A stretch of DNA of 64,000 bases. Source: Promethearchaeota archaeon. Lineage in GTDB: Archaea; Asgardarchaeota; Hermodarchaeia; Hermodarchaeales; Hermodarchaeaceae. Within the stretch, counting starts at the first letter, position 1, and each line of letters begins with the position of its first letter. The stretch is taken from contig JBHLPR010000003.1 in the NCBI GenBank assembly GCA_048939245.1, positions 17,895 to 81,894 of the forward strand, given 5' to 3'. The notes under the pieces are model-generated. The model did not search any database. It was not told the DNA's origin and saw nothing but the letters and a program-made list of their open reading frames with translations. Below, piece after piece: positions 9,041 to 19,345 of this stretch. A program made the position numbers and the translations under genes.

Positions 9041-10129
9041 CTAAAGGTCTGTGAAACTTTTAACAGTCTTTGAATCCAAGCCTTTCACTACTTCTACGAG
9101 CAAATCAATGGTTTGCTCAACGTCGTTTAGGTTTAGAATACCAACGTGGCTGTGGATGTGGCGTGTTGGCACACCAATAACCAAGCTGGGGCATCCCACT
9201 CGATCTAGGTGAATGACACCCGCATCTGTTCCGCCACCATACATTTGAGATAATTGGTAAGGTATTTTGGCTTTCTTCGCAGTTTTTATTACGAAGTCGA
9301 GTAAGGGTTGGTTGGGAATCATTGATCGATCCATGGTGCAAAATGCTGGTCCCTTGCCCAATTTTGTAGCAGCTTGTTCGGGTTTGATTCCAGGCATGTC
9401 GCCGGCGAGGTCAACTTCTAGAGCGAAACCAACATCTGGTTCAATGAGATGTGCAGTTGTCCGTGCGCCTCGTAGACCAACTTCTTCTTGTACTGTGGCC
9501 GCTCCAATTACGGTATTCGGATGGCTAATCGATTCTTTCTTCAGTTGATAAACAACCTCCATAGCGATGAATGCTCCAAGACGGTCATCGAAAGCCTTTG
9601 CAGCAGCTAATTTCCCATCCCGAATCAATTGGAAAGATGAATCAGGAATTATGGGATCTCCGATTTGAATTCCCATTTCTTTGATGTCGTCTTCAGATGA
9701 TGCCCCTACGTCGAGGAACATTTGATCGAGTTCTACGAGCTTCTTTCGTTCGTCTGGTTTTAGAATGTGGGGAGGCTTGGCTCCAAAAACGCCGAAATAT
9801 TGCTCATTTTTACGCGTTTTGATAATTACCCTTTGGGCGAGAACAACCTGGCTCCACCATCCACCCAAAGGATTTACTTTGAGAAATCCATCTTTGGTGA
9901 TTCCTGAGACGATGAATCCTACCTCATCAACGTGGCCTGCAAAAAGTATTCGCGGTGTTTTCGCTGTTCCTTTTTTGATGAACTGAACACTTCCGAGTTT
10001 GTCAATGGTGATTTCATCGGCAATTGGACGCATTGTCTTAGCAACGATGGCAGAGGCTTCTCGTTCGAAACCACTTGGTCCAAATGCATCTACCAGGGTT
10101 TGTAATAGTTTTATCCGTCTTTTATTCAT
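9041..10129 (-). CDS. M42 family (TET/FrvX-like) aminopeptidase
   Basis: GPSGFE, GHVDEVG, KAFDDR, QEEVGLRGA, GGTDA, RHIHS. Confidence 0.95.
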   Translation of the reverse strand: MNKRRIKLLQTLVDAFGPSGFEREASAIVAKTMRPIADEITIDKLGSVQFIKKGTAKTPRILFAGHVDEVGFIVSGITKDGFLKVNPLGGWWSQVVLAQRVIIKTRKNEQYFGVFGAKPPHILKPDERKKLVELDQMFLDVGASSEDDIKEMGIQIGDPIIPDSSFQLIRDGKLAAAKAFDDRLGAFIAMEVVYQLKKESISHPNTVIGAATVQEEVGLRGARTTAHLIEPDVGFALEVDLAGDMPGIKPEQAATKLGKGPAFCTMDRSMIPNQPLLDFVIKTAKKAKIPYQLSQMYGGGTDAGVIHLDRVGCPSLVIGVPTRHIHSHVGILNLNDVEQTIDLLVEVVKGLDSKTVKSFTDL

Positions 10130-10276
10130 GAGATGGCACCTAACACGAATTCATCTCATTAGTTAGATAAGCTTTTTTCAGGCTGCAGAACTTTATCAAG
10201 AACCGGGTCTTTTTCTAGGAAGAAACAAGTTTATCCTTCATGAGGGGACAATTCAGGTGTAACGGAGTGTTCAAAG

Positions 10277-11098
10277 ATGACTTTGAAAGTTGAGGAGCTC
10301 GCTAAACTAATTGATCATACACGACTCAAACCGGAGACAAAACAAGCTAAGATTTCGGAACTCTGCGAAGAAGCAATAGCTTACGATTTCGCATCAGTAT
10401 GCATCAACCCCGTGCATGTGAAGTATGCCGCGGAGTTATTACAAGACTCTTCAGTAGCAGTTTGTGCTGTTGTGGGATTTCCCTTAGGTGCCACATTTTC
10501 GAAAGCCAAAGCATTTGAGGCAAAGGAAGCGCTTGATAAAGGCGCTTCCGAGCTTGATATGGTAATTAACATCGGAGCGCTTAAAGACAAACACTATGAC
10601 TTGGTTCAATCGGATATCGAAGCCGTTGTAAGTGTAGCTGATGGAGCAATAGTGAAAGTCATTCTTGAAACGGGCTTCCTCATCGATGATGAAAAACGGC
10701 AAGCCTGTCTTCTTTGTAAAGATGCTGGGGCAGATTTTGTGAAAACATCTACTGGATTTGGGCCAATGGGCGCTACACCATATGATGTGAAGTTAATGCG
10801 AGAAACTGTAGGTAACAAAATGGGTGTAAAAGCAGCGGGAGGCATTCGAACCTTCAAGGATGCGTTACGCATGGTTGATGCAGGCGCAAACCGTCTGGGC
10901 ACCAGTTCTGGTGTAGCCATAATAGAGGGCTTTCGTTGGGCAGGTTATAGTGATACATTTCTTGAACCTGACAAACCATGTTGGACTTGCCCAAGTCGAC
11001 AAGCGAGTCTGGCCAAACAACCCAAGGAAGTGTATCTCTGGTATAAACAAAGATGTGTCACATGTCCGCATCGTGATCAAAACGTTTTCAATGATTAG
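10277..11098 (+). CDS. deoC: Deoxyribose-phosphate aldolase with extra C-terminal 4-Cys module
   Basis: IDHT, VGFPLG, ELDMVIN, VKVILET, FVKTSTG, KAAGGIR, RLGTSS. Confidence 0.95.
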   Translation: MTLKVEELAKLIDHTRLKPETKQAKISELCEEAIAYDFASVCINPVHVKYAAELLQDSSVAVCAVVGFPLGATFSKAKAFEAKEALDKGASELDMVINIGALKDKHYDLVQSDIEAVVSVADGAIVKVILETGFLIDDEKRQACLLCKDAGADFVKTSTGFGPMGATPYDVKLMRETVGNKMGVKAAGGIRTFKDALRMVDAGANRLGTSSGVAIIEGFRWAGYSDTFLEPDKPCWTCPSRQASLAKQPKEVYLWYKQRCVTCPHRDQNVFND

Positions 11099-11109
11099 GA
11101 GGCTTTCAG

Positions 11110-12897
11110 ATGGCAAACAAATCAAGTCAAGCATATGCTAACACGAAACTGCTTTGGGTTTCACTCACCAAACAAACCACTCAAGAAAAAACCCTTTCGC
11201 AGCCTCTTTTCACCCAATTCTTGGGGGGTCGTGGACTTGGAGTTAAAATCGTCTATGATCACGTTACTCCTGATATCGCACCTCTCGCTCCAGAGAATCT
11301 TTTGATATTTGCGATTGGTCCTCTGACGGCGACTGCTGCACCTACTGGAGGACGATTTGCAGTGGTTACAAAGTCTCCGTTAACTGGAACAATGTTTGAT
11401 TCGAATTGCGGGGGGCATTTTGGTCCCCAGCTACGTAAAGCGGGATATGCGGGATTAGTCTTAGAGGGGCGGGCTCAATCACCCACCTATTTATGGATTA
11501 ATAACGAAACTGTTGAGTTTCGATCAGCTAAAGATATATGGGGTCAGGAGGTCAGTCCCTCCACCGATTACCTACTTGATGAAACCGATCAAAAAGCTCA
11601 AGTTGCATGCATTGGACCAGCTGGAGAGAACCAAGTCAGGTTAGCTGCCATCATTAATGATAAACATCGTGCAGCTGGTCGGGGTGGCGTTGGCGCTGTA
11701 ATGGGTTCCAAGAATTTGAAGGCACTTGTTATTCGTGGTACAAACCAAGTTTCAATTACAAATCCTGAACAGCTTGATCTGGTTGTAAATCGTTTACGGC
11801 GGCTTATCAAGAAGGATTCCGTCACGAACAAATCCCTCCCCGTTTATGGAACTGCGGTCTTGGTCAATCTAATAAACGAATATGGAATGCTACCAACATA
11901 CAACTTTCAGGAGGGCACCTTCAATGATGCTGAGGGGGTTTCAGGGGAAAAACTGTTAGAACGGTTCTTTGTTAAGAGGTATCATTGTTTTGGTTGCCCA
12001 ATAGGTTGCGGTCGAATCACTGAAGTTCGTGGTGAAACAATTGGTGGTCCTGAATATGAAACAATTTGGGCATTAGGGCCTGAATGTGGTATCAACGATC
12101 TTGAATGGATTACAACCGCCAATCATCGATGCAATGAGCTTGGGATGGACACCATCTCAGTGGGAAGCACAATTGGTTGTGCAATGGAACTTGCTAAGAC
12201 TGGTAACCTTAAAGCTGAATTAAAATTCGGTAAAACGAAGGGATTACTTGAACTCGTTGAGGATACTGCTTATGCTCGGGGTTTGGGGGCAGAAATTGGA
12301 CAAGGATCTAAAATTTTAGCTACAAGATACAACGCTCCGGATTTAGCTATGCAAGTGAAAGGGCTAGAACTTCCGGCTTATGATCCAAGAGGAGTTCAAG
12401 GACACGCATTGGCCTATGCTACTTCTAATCGTGGCGGCTGCCATCTACGGGCATACTTAATTGGCCCAGAAATTCTCGGGTCTCCTGTTCTTGTTGATCG
12501 CGACCGAATTGATGGGAAAGCTGAACTCGTTATTCTATTTCAGAATCTATCGGCAGCTATGGATTCCTTAGTCCTTTGCCGATTTACCACCTTTGCCTTC
12601 AGCGTCGAAGACTATGCAGACTTAATTAGTGCAGCCACCTCCTTGACGGTGACCGGAAAAGACTTTCTCCAAATTGGGGAAAGGATTTGGAACTTGGAAC
12701 GGTTGTTTAATCTCCGTGAAGGATTTACTGCTGAAGATGACTGCCTCCCTCCACGATTTTCCAGTCCATTACCTGAGGGAGGTTCTCGAAACCGGATAGC
12801 TCATTTAGACAAAATGCTTCCTAAATACTATAAACTTCGAGGCTGGGACACTAAAGGGCAACCAGAAAAATCGCGTCTAAACCAGCTTGAGCTCTAG
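11110..12897 (+). CDS. aor: Tungsten aldehyde:ferredoxin oxidoreductase
   Basis: LGGRGLG, KSPLTG, GRGGVGAVMGSKNLKA, CxxCxxxC, EYET, DTIS, YDPRG, NRGGCH. Confidence 0.95.
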   Translation: MANKSSQAYANTKLLWVSLTKQTTQEKTLSQPLFTQFLGGRGLGVKIVYDHVTPDIAPLAPENLLIFAIGPLTATAAPTGGRFAVVTKSPLTGTMFDSNCGGHFGPQLRKAGYAGLVLEGRAQSPTYLWINNETVEFRSAKDIWGQEVSPSTDYLLDETDQKAQVACIGPAGENQVRLAAIINDKHRAAGRGGVGAVMGSKNLKALVIRGTNQVSITNPEQLDLVVNRLRRLIKKDSVTNKSLPVYGTAVLVNLINEYGMLPTYNFQEGTFNDAEGVSGEKLLERFFVKRYHCFGCPIGCGRITEVRGETIGGPEYETIWALGPECGINDLEWITTANHRCNELGMDTISVGSTIGCAMELAKTGNLKAELKFGKTKGLLELVEDTAYARGLGAEIGQGSKILATRYNAPDLAMQVKGLELPAYDPRGVQGHALAYATSNRGGCHLRAYLIGPEILGSPVLVDRDRIDGKAELVILFQNLSAAMDSLVLCRFTTFAFSVEDYADLISAATSLTVTGKDFLQIGERIWNLERLFNLREGFTAEDDCLPPRFSSPLPEGGSRNRIAHLDKMLPKYYKLRGWDTKGQPEKSRLNQLEL

Positions 12898-12926
12898 AAC
12901 CATATGGTGCATTTAGAGGTAATTGA

Positions 12927-13547
12927 ATGGTAAATCCTACAAATTCTACGGTTTCTATCCTGTTTGCTCGAATTCTTTCTAATCTTCTATCTCCGCCTAT
13001 TATTGCACTTGGTGCGGTTTTGGTCCTTGCGTTTTATTCTCCCATCGGAACTGGTATTATCTTTCCTTGGCATTCGTTTCTCATCGGACTCATTTTCGTC
13101 GTCATTGGTCCCGTCGTTCCTCTCTCTTTCATGGTGGCGTGGGGCAGAATTACTTTCGATGTCAAAAATCGCCGTGATCGTCCTCTCCTTTATCTTGCTG
13201 CCATTATTGTCTACATTACGGGAGCGATGGTTGCATGGTTTTATCAGAATCATACCATGGCTGTTATTGCGGTTGCATATGCCGCTGTTACCTCAGCAAT
13301 AACCTTGGTAAGCCTTTTTTGGAAAGTTTCCGCACACGCGGCAGGAGTTACGGGACCAATCACCAGCTTAATTTGGGTGTACGGTTTTATTCTGATTCCC
13401 TTCATGCTTTTGGCTGGAATCGTAGCTTGGGCACGATGGAAACTAAAACTCCATACTCCTTTACAGTTACTTAGCGGCATTCTCATCGCAATAGTGGTTA
13501 CTGCGTGTGTTTATCTGATTTTCTGGGGTTTTCCAGTTGCTCTTTAG
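12927..13547 (+). CDS. PAP2-superfamily membrane phosphatase
   Basis: Multiple TM helices; KVSAHAAG and ARWKLKLHTPLQ motifs. Confidence 0.75.
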   Translation: MVNPTNSTVSILFARILSNLLSPPIIALGAVLVLAFYSPIGTGIIFPWHSFLIGLIFVVIGPVVPLSFMVAWGRITFDVKNRRDRPLLYLAAIIVYITGAMVAWFYQNHTMAVIAVAYAAVTSAITLVSLFWKVSAHAAGVTGPITSLIWVYGFILIPFMLLAGIVAWARWKLKLHTPLQLLSGILIAIVVTACVYLIFWGFPVAL

Positions 13548-13559
13548 ATTCTGAGCAGT

Positions 13560-16500
13560 TTAAGCAATCTCTATGTTCATAGTAATTGTATCTGGCAATC
13601 TGTTGGTTAAGTTCAGCTCATAGATTAGAATTCCTTTTGCTTCTCGATGTTCTGCAACAACAGGCAATCGAGGCAATTCAACCTGTGCTCCCGGAATTTG
13701 AATCATCACAGCTTCAGGGTCTTGTGAAAGTGCGTCGACTCCTAAAATTTGTAGTGTTACTGTTGCAGCCAAATCCTCAGTAGTGATTAACCAGAATCCA
13801 ATAGACACATTGTTTTCACTAGGCTTTTGGAGTGTGAGCCAACTTTGAATTTTATCGCCTTTGTAGGTGCTGCATAAAATTGGGGTTATTTCGTACCAAA
13901 TAAGATCAGTAGGTTTTGTTGATGGACGAAGATTAGAGAAAGTGCGCGTTTTCATCTGTATTTGTCCGTCAATGGAGATTTCGGGTTCAATTTGGAGGCT
14001 GATTCGAAACTGTTCATCAGCTAGAGTAAAACTTGTTTCAGCGTCCTCGAGTCGAAAACCAGAATCGAGGATAGACTCGTCACCCAGTTGGAAAGCCCAT
14101 TGCCGTTCTAATTGTGTCGCTAACTGGGCTTGTTCTTTCGAACCGATTTGACTTGCCTCACGAAGTAGTTCGGTTAATTGTCGTCGAACCGAATCAAGCT
14201 TGTCTTTGCCTTGAGCTAGACTTGTAAATGTCAAAGGAACTTGGGTGTTCAATATCCTTGAAGCTTGTAACCGAGTAGCGGCTTCAGTTACGTCGATACT
14301 TTCTAAGGCTTCGATTCCCTCTTGATAGACTAGATCCCATTCTTTGAAAATAAGAATTTGTGTGGATAGCGTCGGATTTGTTCTTAGGCGTGTCTGCATT
14401 AATTGGTTGTATTGAGATAATGCCGCTTCGATTGTGATGGGGTTCTCTTCCTTTGCTGCTGCTTTGAGTGCTTTTTCAATTTGGGTTGTTGCTCTTCGTA
14501 ATAGGCGGTGTTGGGCACCTGCAGATGTTGACAGAGTTGCCAGTTTTGCTGTGGCGCTTCCTGCGGCACTTAAAGCCAGAATTTCATTGTGTGTATCACC
14601 TTGGGCTGCAGCAGCTTTCGCTAGTGTCTGAGCAAGGTTTTCGCTTTTTGTCAATAGGGTTTCCCATTGTGAATCTTCTGCTGGGTGTTCATCATGAACT
14701 AGGGCGTTGATATTTCGCAGTAATAGGAATGCAAAGGGATACGTTGTTTTCGTTATCTTGTCAACGGCAGGCATAAACGTGAGGGTCTGCTCCACAAACT
14801 CTTGTGCGTCTTTTTTCAATTTATATGCGTCTTGAACATCAGTTACCTTTGATATACGCTGGAGAAGAATCCAAATTAGAAGCGATCCAGCTTTCAAAGC
14901 CTTTGCTTGATGTCGTCCTTTTACCTGTGCCACCATTGCCGTGGTTGCATAATCTTCCAATTTATCCAGATCCTTTGTGGGAAAGGATGCACTAATTTTT
15001 CCTGAGGAATCTGGCGTTACAGTTGAAATTAAGAGCTGCAAGGCTAATTGTGCACGTATTTTGGGGTCTTTGGTTTGAAAATAGAGGTGTTCGTTAAGTT
15101 GATTACTTCGTTCCATCAGCAGGTGTGCTGACTCACTTATGGTTGCAACTGGTCTCTGTGAGAGTTGTTGGGTTATCTTCGATACAACCTCAAGATCTTG
15201 GTCGTTGATTTTGGTCGATGGGGAAATCTCTGGAATCAATTGAGTTGCGTATTTCGCTGCCGTGCTTAGAAGGCTATCCTTCTCTGCGTCAGGGGCCGCT
15301 TCAGTAAGGCGGAGTATGGCTTTTATCAATTCACGGTGAATTGCCAGGGAAGCTTCAGGTTCCGTATTAAGTTGTTGCAATTGATTAAGTGCGATTTGTT
15401 GGAATTTCACATGTAATTTTGCCAACACATAACGAGCTTCAGAGGCTTCAATTTTTGGCATTAATCTGGCGAGAAGTCTGTCCAGCTGCTTTGACATGCG
15501 AAGAATGAGATTTTGGTCTATGGGACGATCCAATAAGGGTATTGTGCTGATGAGTGTTTTGAGTGTGCCCGTGGTCGCTTCTTCAAGGATTTCTGGTGAG
15601 TCTGAAGAAATCTCGCCAGTTAAGCGGAGAATATAGTCAAGCTGTTTGACAGCTCTGGCTATATCATCAAGTGCCCGATAATTGAATACCGCGGTGCGTG
15701 CAAATCGTAGACTTCGTAATAGATCATCTCCGAACGCTTTATCCGATTTTCCCTGTGCCATTTCAAACCAGAGTGTGCTTGCCCGTGTTGCCAATTTCGC
15801 GGTTGAGTAGGCATCTCGAAGTTCAATTGCTGCGTTCATTGCAGTCGTTAGATGCTTAAGCTGTGACTGACGCAGTTTCTGGGTTGACATGGTTTGGTGT
15901 AGGCGATCTTTCAAATGCTGTTCGCTGATGTCCAAAACCTTCAGATCATCAATCGATTGAAGCGCTGTTACGATGATCTTTCCTGTTTCTCTCCCTCTGT
16001 CCTCCATTATCTTATGAAGGGCTTTCCAATTTCTTGTGAGTTTACGTAATAGGGCAATTTGTTTTGTGGGGTCATCCTCTTGTGTGAATTCATTGATTGT
16101 GTCTTTGGCTTTGGCTGTCTGGTAGGCAAGAAGTGAGTTTCGCTGAAACTTTTCAGCAAATTCAATGATTTGCTCTAATTCCGCTTTCATTGTGGTTTCA
16201 GGAATAATGAGAAGGCGGTGTAATAGTATTTGTAAGACTGTTTCTATTGTTGAGGCATTCGTATCTTCTAGGGTTTCCAGAATCGTGGCTATTGCTGAAG
16301 CTTCAAGCGCAATTAACTCTTTTCGGAAATCTCCGTCTGGGACAATCCCTAAAAGCCAATGGCTTTTCCATAGAAGTTCTACGGGTTCGACTTTGCGTTT
16401 AGCTGTGATATCTGCCAAAGTGCTTTCTAGGTGGTGTCGACCAAAATAGCGCGTTTCAAGGGCCTCATGAATCGTAAGATCCGTATTCTTTGCTAACGTG

Positions 16501-16655
16501 ACTGCATCTTGAAGTTTCTTTTCATAAAGAAAGATTTGGCTTAAATTATTGATTCCCCGCTTGTCAAGTTTCTTTTGAAGTTTTGTAGGAAGGCTTGATA
16601 AATCTGATAAAGAAATGGAAAGGTCAATGCCAACCATTTTATTCACCACTTTCAC
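13560..16655 (-). CDS. Large hypothetical protein (mostly alpha-helical, beta-rich C-terminus)
   Basis: 1031-aa ORF; Ala/Leu/Gln-rich amphipathic helices followed by a beta-strand-patterned final ~170 aa. Confidence 0.85.
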   Translation of the reverse strand: MKVVNKMVGIDLSISLSDLSSLPTKLQKKLDKRGINNLSQIFLYEKKLQDAVTLAKNTDLTIHEALETRYFGRHHLESTLADITAKRKVEPVELLWKSHWLLGIVPDGDFRKELIALEASAIATILETLEDTNASTIETVLQILLHRLLIIPETTMKAELEQIIEFAEKFQRNSLLAYQTAKAKDTINEFTQEDDPTKQIALLRKLTRNWKALHKIMEDRGRETGKIIVTALQSIDDLKVLDISEQHLKDRLHQTMSTQKLRQSQLKHLTTAMNAAIELRDAYSTAKLATRASTLWFEMAQGKSDKAFGDDLLRSLRFARTAVFNYRALDDIARAVKQLDYILRLTGEISSDSPEILEEATTGTLKTLISTIPLLDRPIDQNLILRMSKQLDRLLARLMPKIEASEARYVLAKLHVKFQQIALNQLQQLNTEPEASLAIHRELIKAILRLTEAAPDAEKDSLLSTAAKYATQLIPEISPSTKINDQDLEVVSKITQQLSQRPVATISESAHLLMERSNQLNEHLYFQTKDPKIRAQLALQLLISTVTPDSSGKISASFPTKDLDKLEDYATTAMVAQVKGRHQAKALKAGSLLIWILLQRISKVTDVQDAYKLKKDAQEFVEQTLTFMPAVDKITKTTYPFAFLLLRNINALVHDEHPAEDSQWETLLTKSENLAQTLAKAAAAQGDTHNEILALSAAGSATAKLATLSTSAGAQHRLLRRATTQIEKALKAAAKEENPITIEAALSQYNQLMQTRLRTNPTLSTQILIFKEWDLVYQEGIEALESIDVTEAATRLQASRILNTQVPLTFTSLAQGKDKLDSVRRQLTELLREASQIGSKEQAQLATQLERQWAFQLGDESILDSGFRLEDAETSFTLADEQFRISLQIEPEISIDGQIQMKTRTFSNLRPSTKPTDLIWYEITPILCSTYKGDKIQSWLTLQKPSENNVSIGFWLITTEDLAATVTLQILGVDALSQDPEAVMIQIPGAQVELPRLPVVAEHREAKGILIYELNLTNRLPDTITMNIEIA

Positions 16656-16678
16656 TAGTTAGGGGCGCAAAACAAGAA

Positions 16679-16830
16679 TAAGAAATTTTGCAGAATGGCA
16701 TTACTCGCCCTTCACTCTCAAAGATTCAATACGTTAGTTAAGCCCCGTTACAAGTTCCTCAACTGCCTCATCTGGAATCCTTGAAATCATTACTATAGGT
16801 TGGGGAAATTCTTATCCTAGGTAAACTGGA
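16679..16830 (-). pseudogene. Degenerate copy of the metG 3' end (att-like remnant)
   Basis: Colinear with 23750-23900. Translates ISRIPDEAVEELVTGLN*RIESLRVKGE* versus MetG FAKISDEAVEKLATGLNQRIESARAKAK*. Confidence 0.88.
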
Positions 16831-16838
16831 TCCTTCTT

Positions 16839-17408
16839 TCACCTCTCCTCAGTTATTTTAGTAGAGGTGAGCTGCTCACTTTGATGAATACCTTCACCTA
16901 CCCAATAATTGCCCTGTTTCACGATAGTTTTTCCTTCTCTGTGTTCCCAGTATAGTTGAGTCAAGAGGAGGGGCCAGGACCCAAGAACAAGGACACCCAA
17001 AATGAAAGTGACGAATCCGGCAATTAGGGTTGCTACTATCCCGAGTCCAACAGGGAAGTACAAATGGAGCCACGATATTCCATACTGAATTAGGAAAGTC
17101 TGGATTAACACCAAAGGTATCAAGATTAACAAGTGCCACCATCGAATATGTCTGATTTTTTCACGGGAAGGAATCTCTGCAGGAAGCCTAGCAGACCAAC
17201 CTAATTCATAGTGTACTTGAGGTATGCCACTCAGTAAGAAGCTAAGCGAGAGACTAATCAACCCTGGAACGCTGATTAAGAAAAACCTCCAAGGGGTCGT
17301 CACTGCAAGCCATATTAATAGAAAAGCAATTGGAGTCCAACCAAGAGTAATGGTTAGGCGTCGATTGCGAAGGACATTCCACCGTGAAATCGAAGCACTA
17401 ACGGATAT
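16839..17408 (-). CDS. Hypothetical multi-pass membrane protein; possibly a pseudogene (ATA at the expected start)
   Basis: The frame of ORF 16839-17303 stays open to ATA 17408, directly after the shared AGAGGGAATAGA leader. Confidence 0.55.
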   Translation of the reverse strand: MSVSASISRWNVLRNRRLTITLGWTPIAFLLIWLAVTTPWRFFLISVPGLISLSLSFLLSGIPQVHYELGWSARLPAEIPSREKIRHIRWWHLLILIPLVLIQTFLIQYGISWLHLYFPVGLGIVATLIAGFVTFILGVLVLGSWPLLLTQLYWEHREGKTIVKQGNYWVGEGIHQSEQLTSTKITEER

Positions 17409-17410
17409 GG

Positions 17411-17655
17411 TCTATTCCCTCTATCTGGACTAGGTGATTCCAAGACCAAAAATATTACTAAATCAGAAGCTAACTTGATTCTTGTATAGCCATCTAGTGC
17501 ATTTACCGAAGATGTAAGATCCGTTATCCATCGAAGTAGAATGGTGGTTTTTTATCATAGCGCTGCATAATGAAAGGTTGTTTGAACAACAGGCTAAGAA
17601 ATTTTGCGGAATGGCGTTTCTTGTCTTTTTCTCTCAATGATTCAATATTTTAGTA
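17411..17655. repeat. Degenerate direct repeat of 23552-23810 (shared leader, palindromic motif and metG tail)
   Basis: Shared blocks ggactaggtgattccaagaccaaaaatattac, gcattta.gaagatgtaagatcc and aacaacaggctaagaaatttt. Confidence 0.9.
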
Positions 17656-17689
17656 GGTTTGCTTTAGCAAAAACGAAAAGAAGGGAAGA

Positions 17690-17965
17690 ATGAAAAACGA
17701 GGAAGTTGATGATAATTCACTTTTGGAGGGAAATTCGGTGTATTGGAAACGTGTGCCTGTTTGGGTTCCAGGCGCGTTGATCACAATTATTGTATGGCTT
17801 GTTGTACTTTACATCATTCTCACTTTTTTTTCCAATTGCGCCCGAACAGCAACCCATACTTGTATTAGTCACCGTAATGATATTCCTGATATGTTCGGGG
17901 TCAGTGCTCTATTACTGGCTTCAACGGCTTTTTGGGACCCGATACAATCCCGACATTTAGAGTAG
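17690..17965 (+). pseudogene. Frameshifted small membrane protein
   Basis: One TM helix, then a T8 run at ~17824-17831. Removing one T gives a second TM (PILVLVTVMIFLICSGSVLYYW). Confidence 0.5.
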
Positions 17966-18023
17966 GAGCTTTAGTAACCTTTTTGGTCTCGGATTCACCT
18001 AATCCAATTAGAGGGAAAAAACA

Positions 18024-18452
18024 AATTCTAGCAAAGAATCTCGGACGAACTATAGTGAACCTATCTACTTCCTTATCTTCATTGTATCACCACTACTCCT
18101 TGTCTTTCTTATGCTGGCCACTTTGATAGCTAACGCCTTGTGGATCATTATCTATGCGATACCCTATGTTATCGTAATGCCGCTTTGGTTTTACATCGAT
18201 ACCCGAATACGCCGTAAATTACTAGGAGACGGAGCAAAATACGCTGTTTTATTGGTTGTCCATGGCATATCCATTATTTTACTAACTTTCAATTGGATGC
18301 TGGCGACACCTGAACCTCTGCCGTTCTGGCCTCTTTTCGTGTGGGGGTTTTGGGTGGTTTTCATCTTATTCATTAGTTCTGTCATTTGTGAGCGGTTCTT
18401 AAAACCCAAGTTTCGTTCATTGTATGAGCAATCAGAACCAGGTCATTTCTAG
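18024..18452 (+). pseudogene. Membrane protein, paralog of 23153-23549, start codon lost
   Basis: Shares SEPI..VSPL, YxDxRI and CERFLKPK with the paralog; AAT-TCT aligns with the paralog's ATG-TCT. Confidence 0.6.
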
Positions 18453-18469
18453 TTTTTTTCCACCGTAGA

Positions 18470-19306
18470 TTAAGTTTTTCGCTTTAAGAGAATAACAATA
18501 ACAATAACTACTATGCTAATGCCAATACTGATTGCTACTATCTTAAGAGTCTGGTCAGATAGAGCGCCCTCAATGCTATCACTAACAACAATATTATCAA
18601 TCGAGGAATTCCCCTGAAAAGAAACAAAACTGAATGTTTCCGATGTGGTGACTCTATCATCCGTTATCTCGATAACTAATTCTGAATTGAGATTGATTTG
18701 AAACTGGCCTGGTAAATCTCGTATGATTTCAAAATGAAATACCTCATTAGCTCTTGTGATGATAGGGTGTCTAGCTAATATGTAACGCTCCAATCCTTGG
18801 AATAACTCAAAGTAGATCTCACCATTAACAAATGAGTCTAAAATTAATGCATAACCATCCATATTAGGAACCTGGGATACTCCAGATAAATTGTAATTGT
18901 TTTCTAAATCTGTATATACAAAATTAACAGAATCGAAGGAAACATTACTACTGGATACATGCCAATCAAAACTCCAAGTACCATATGCCGTACTACTATT
19001 ATGGATAGCTCTTCTTAGATGGGTCAGGTCTCCGTGGTATCCAACATTAGGCCAGTAGTAATAGACATCTTCAGCTGTCAGCGTTCCATTCTCAATAGTG
19101 AATCCATGATCAACTTCACAAAATACATCATCAACTAGTTCGTATCCCTGGAGAATCCAATCGTCCAAGGAATCTATATTATCAACCTCAAAATCTTCAC
19201 TCCAAAATTGTCCTGCAGATACTGTGATAGGAAAGAGAGTGGAAAGGACTAAGAATAATACAGTGGATAAAACAAGTATTCGAAATGAGATAGATCTATG
19301 AACCAA
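18470..19306 (-). CDS. Secreted, C-terminally membrane-anchored beta-sandwich (ConA/LamG-like) protein
   Basis: Signal peptide, WSEDF, AYGTWSFDW, SIDNIVVSD, C-terminal TM and KRK tail. Confidence 0.8.
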   Translation of the reverse strand: MVHRSISFRILVLSTVLFLVLSTLFPITVSAGQFWSEDFEVDNIDSLDDWILQGYELVDDVFCEVDHGFTIENGTLTAEDVYYYWPNVGYHGDLTHLRRAIHNSSTAYGTWSFDWHVSSSNVSFDSVNFVYTDLENNYNLSGVSQVPNMDGYALILDSFVNGEIYFELFQGLERYILARHPIITRANEVFHFEIIRDLPGQFQINLNSELVIEITDDRVTTSETFSFVSFQGNSSIDNIVVSDSIEGALSDQTLKIVAISIGISIVVIVIVILLKRKT

Positions 19307-19345
19307 AGTTCCACCACAATTTCTCTCTGTTCCTTTAATCTAATC

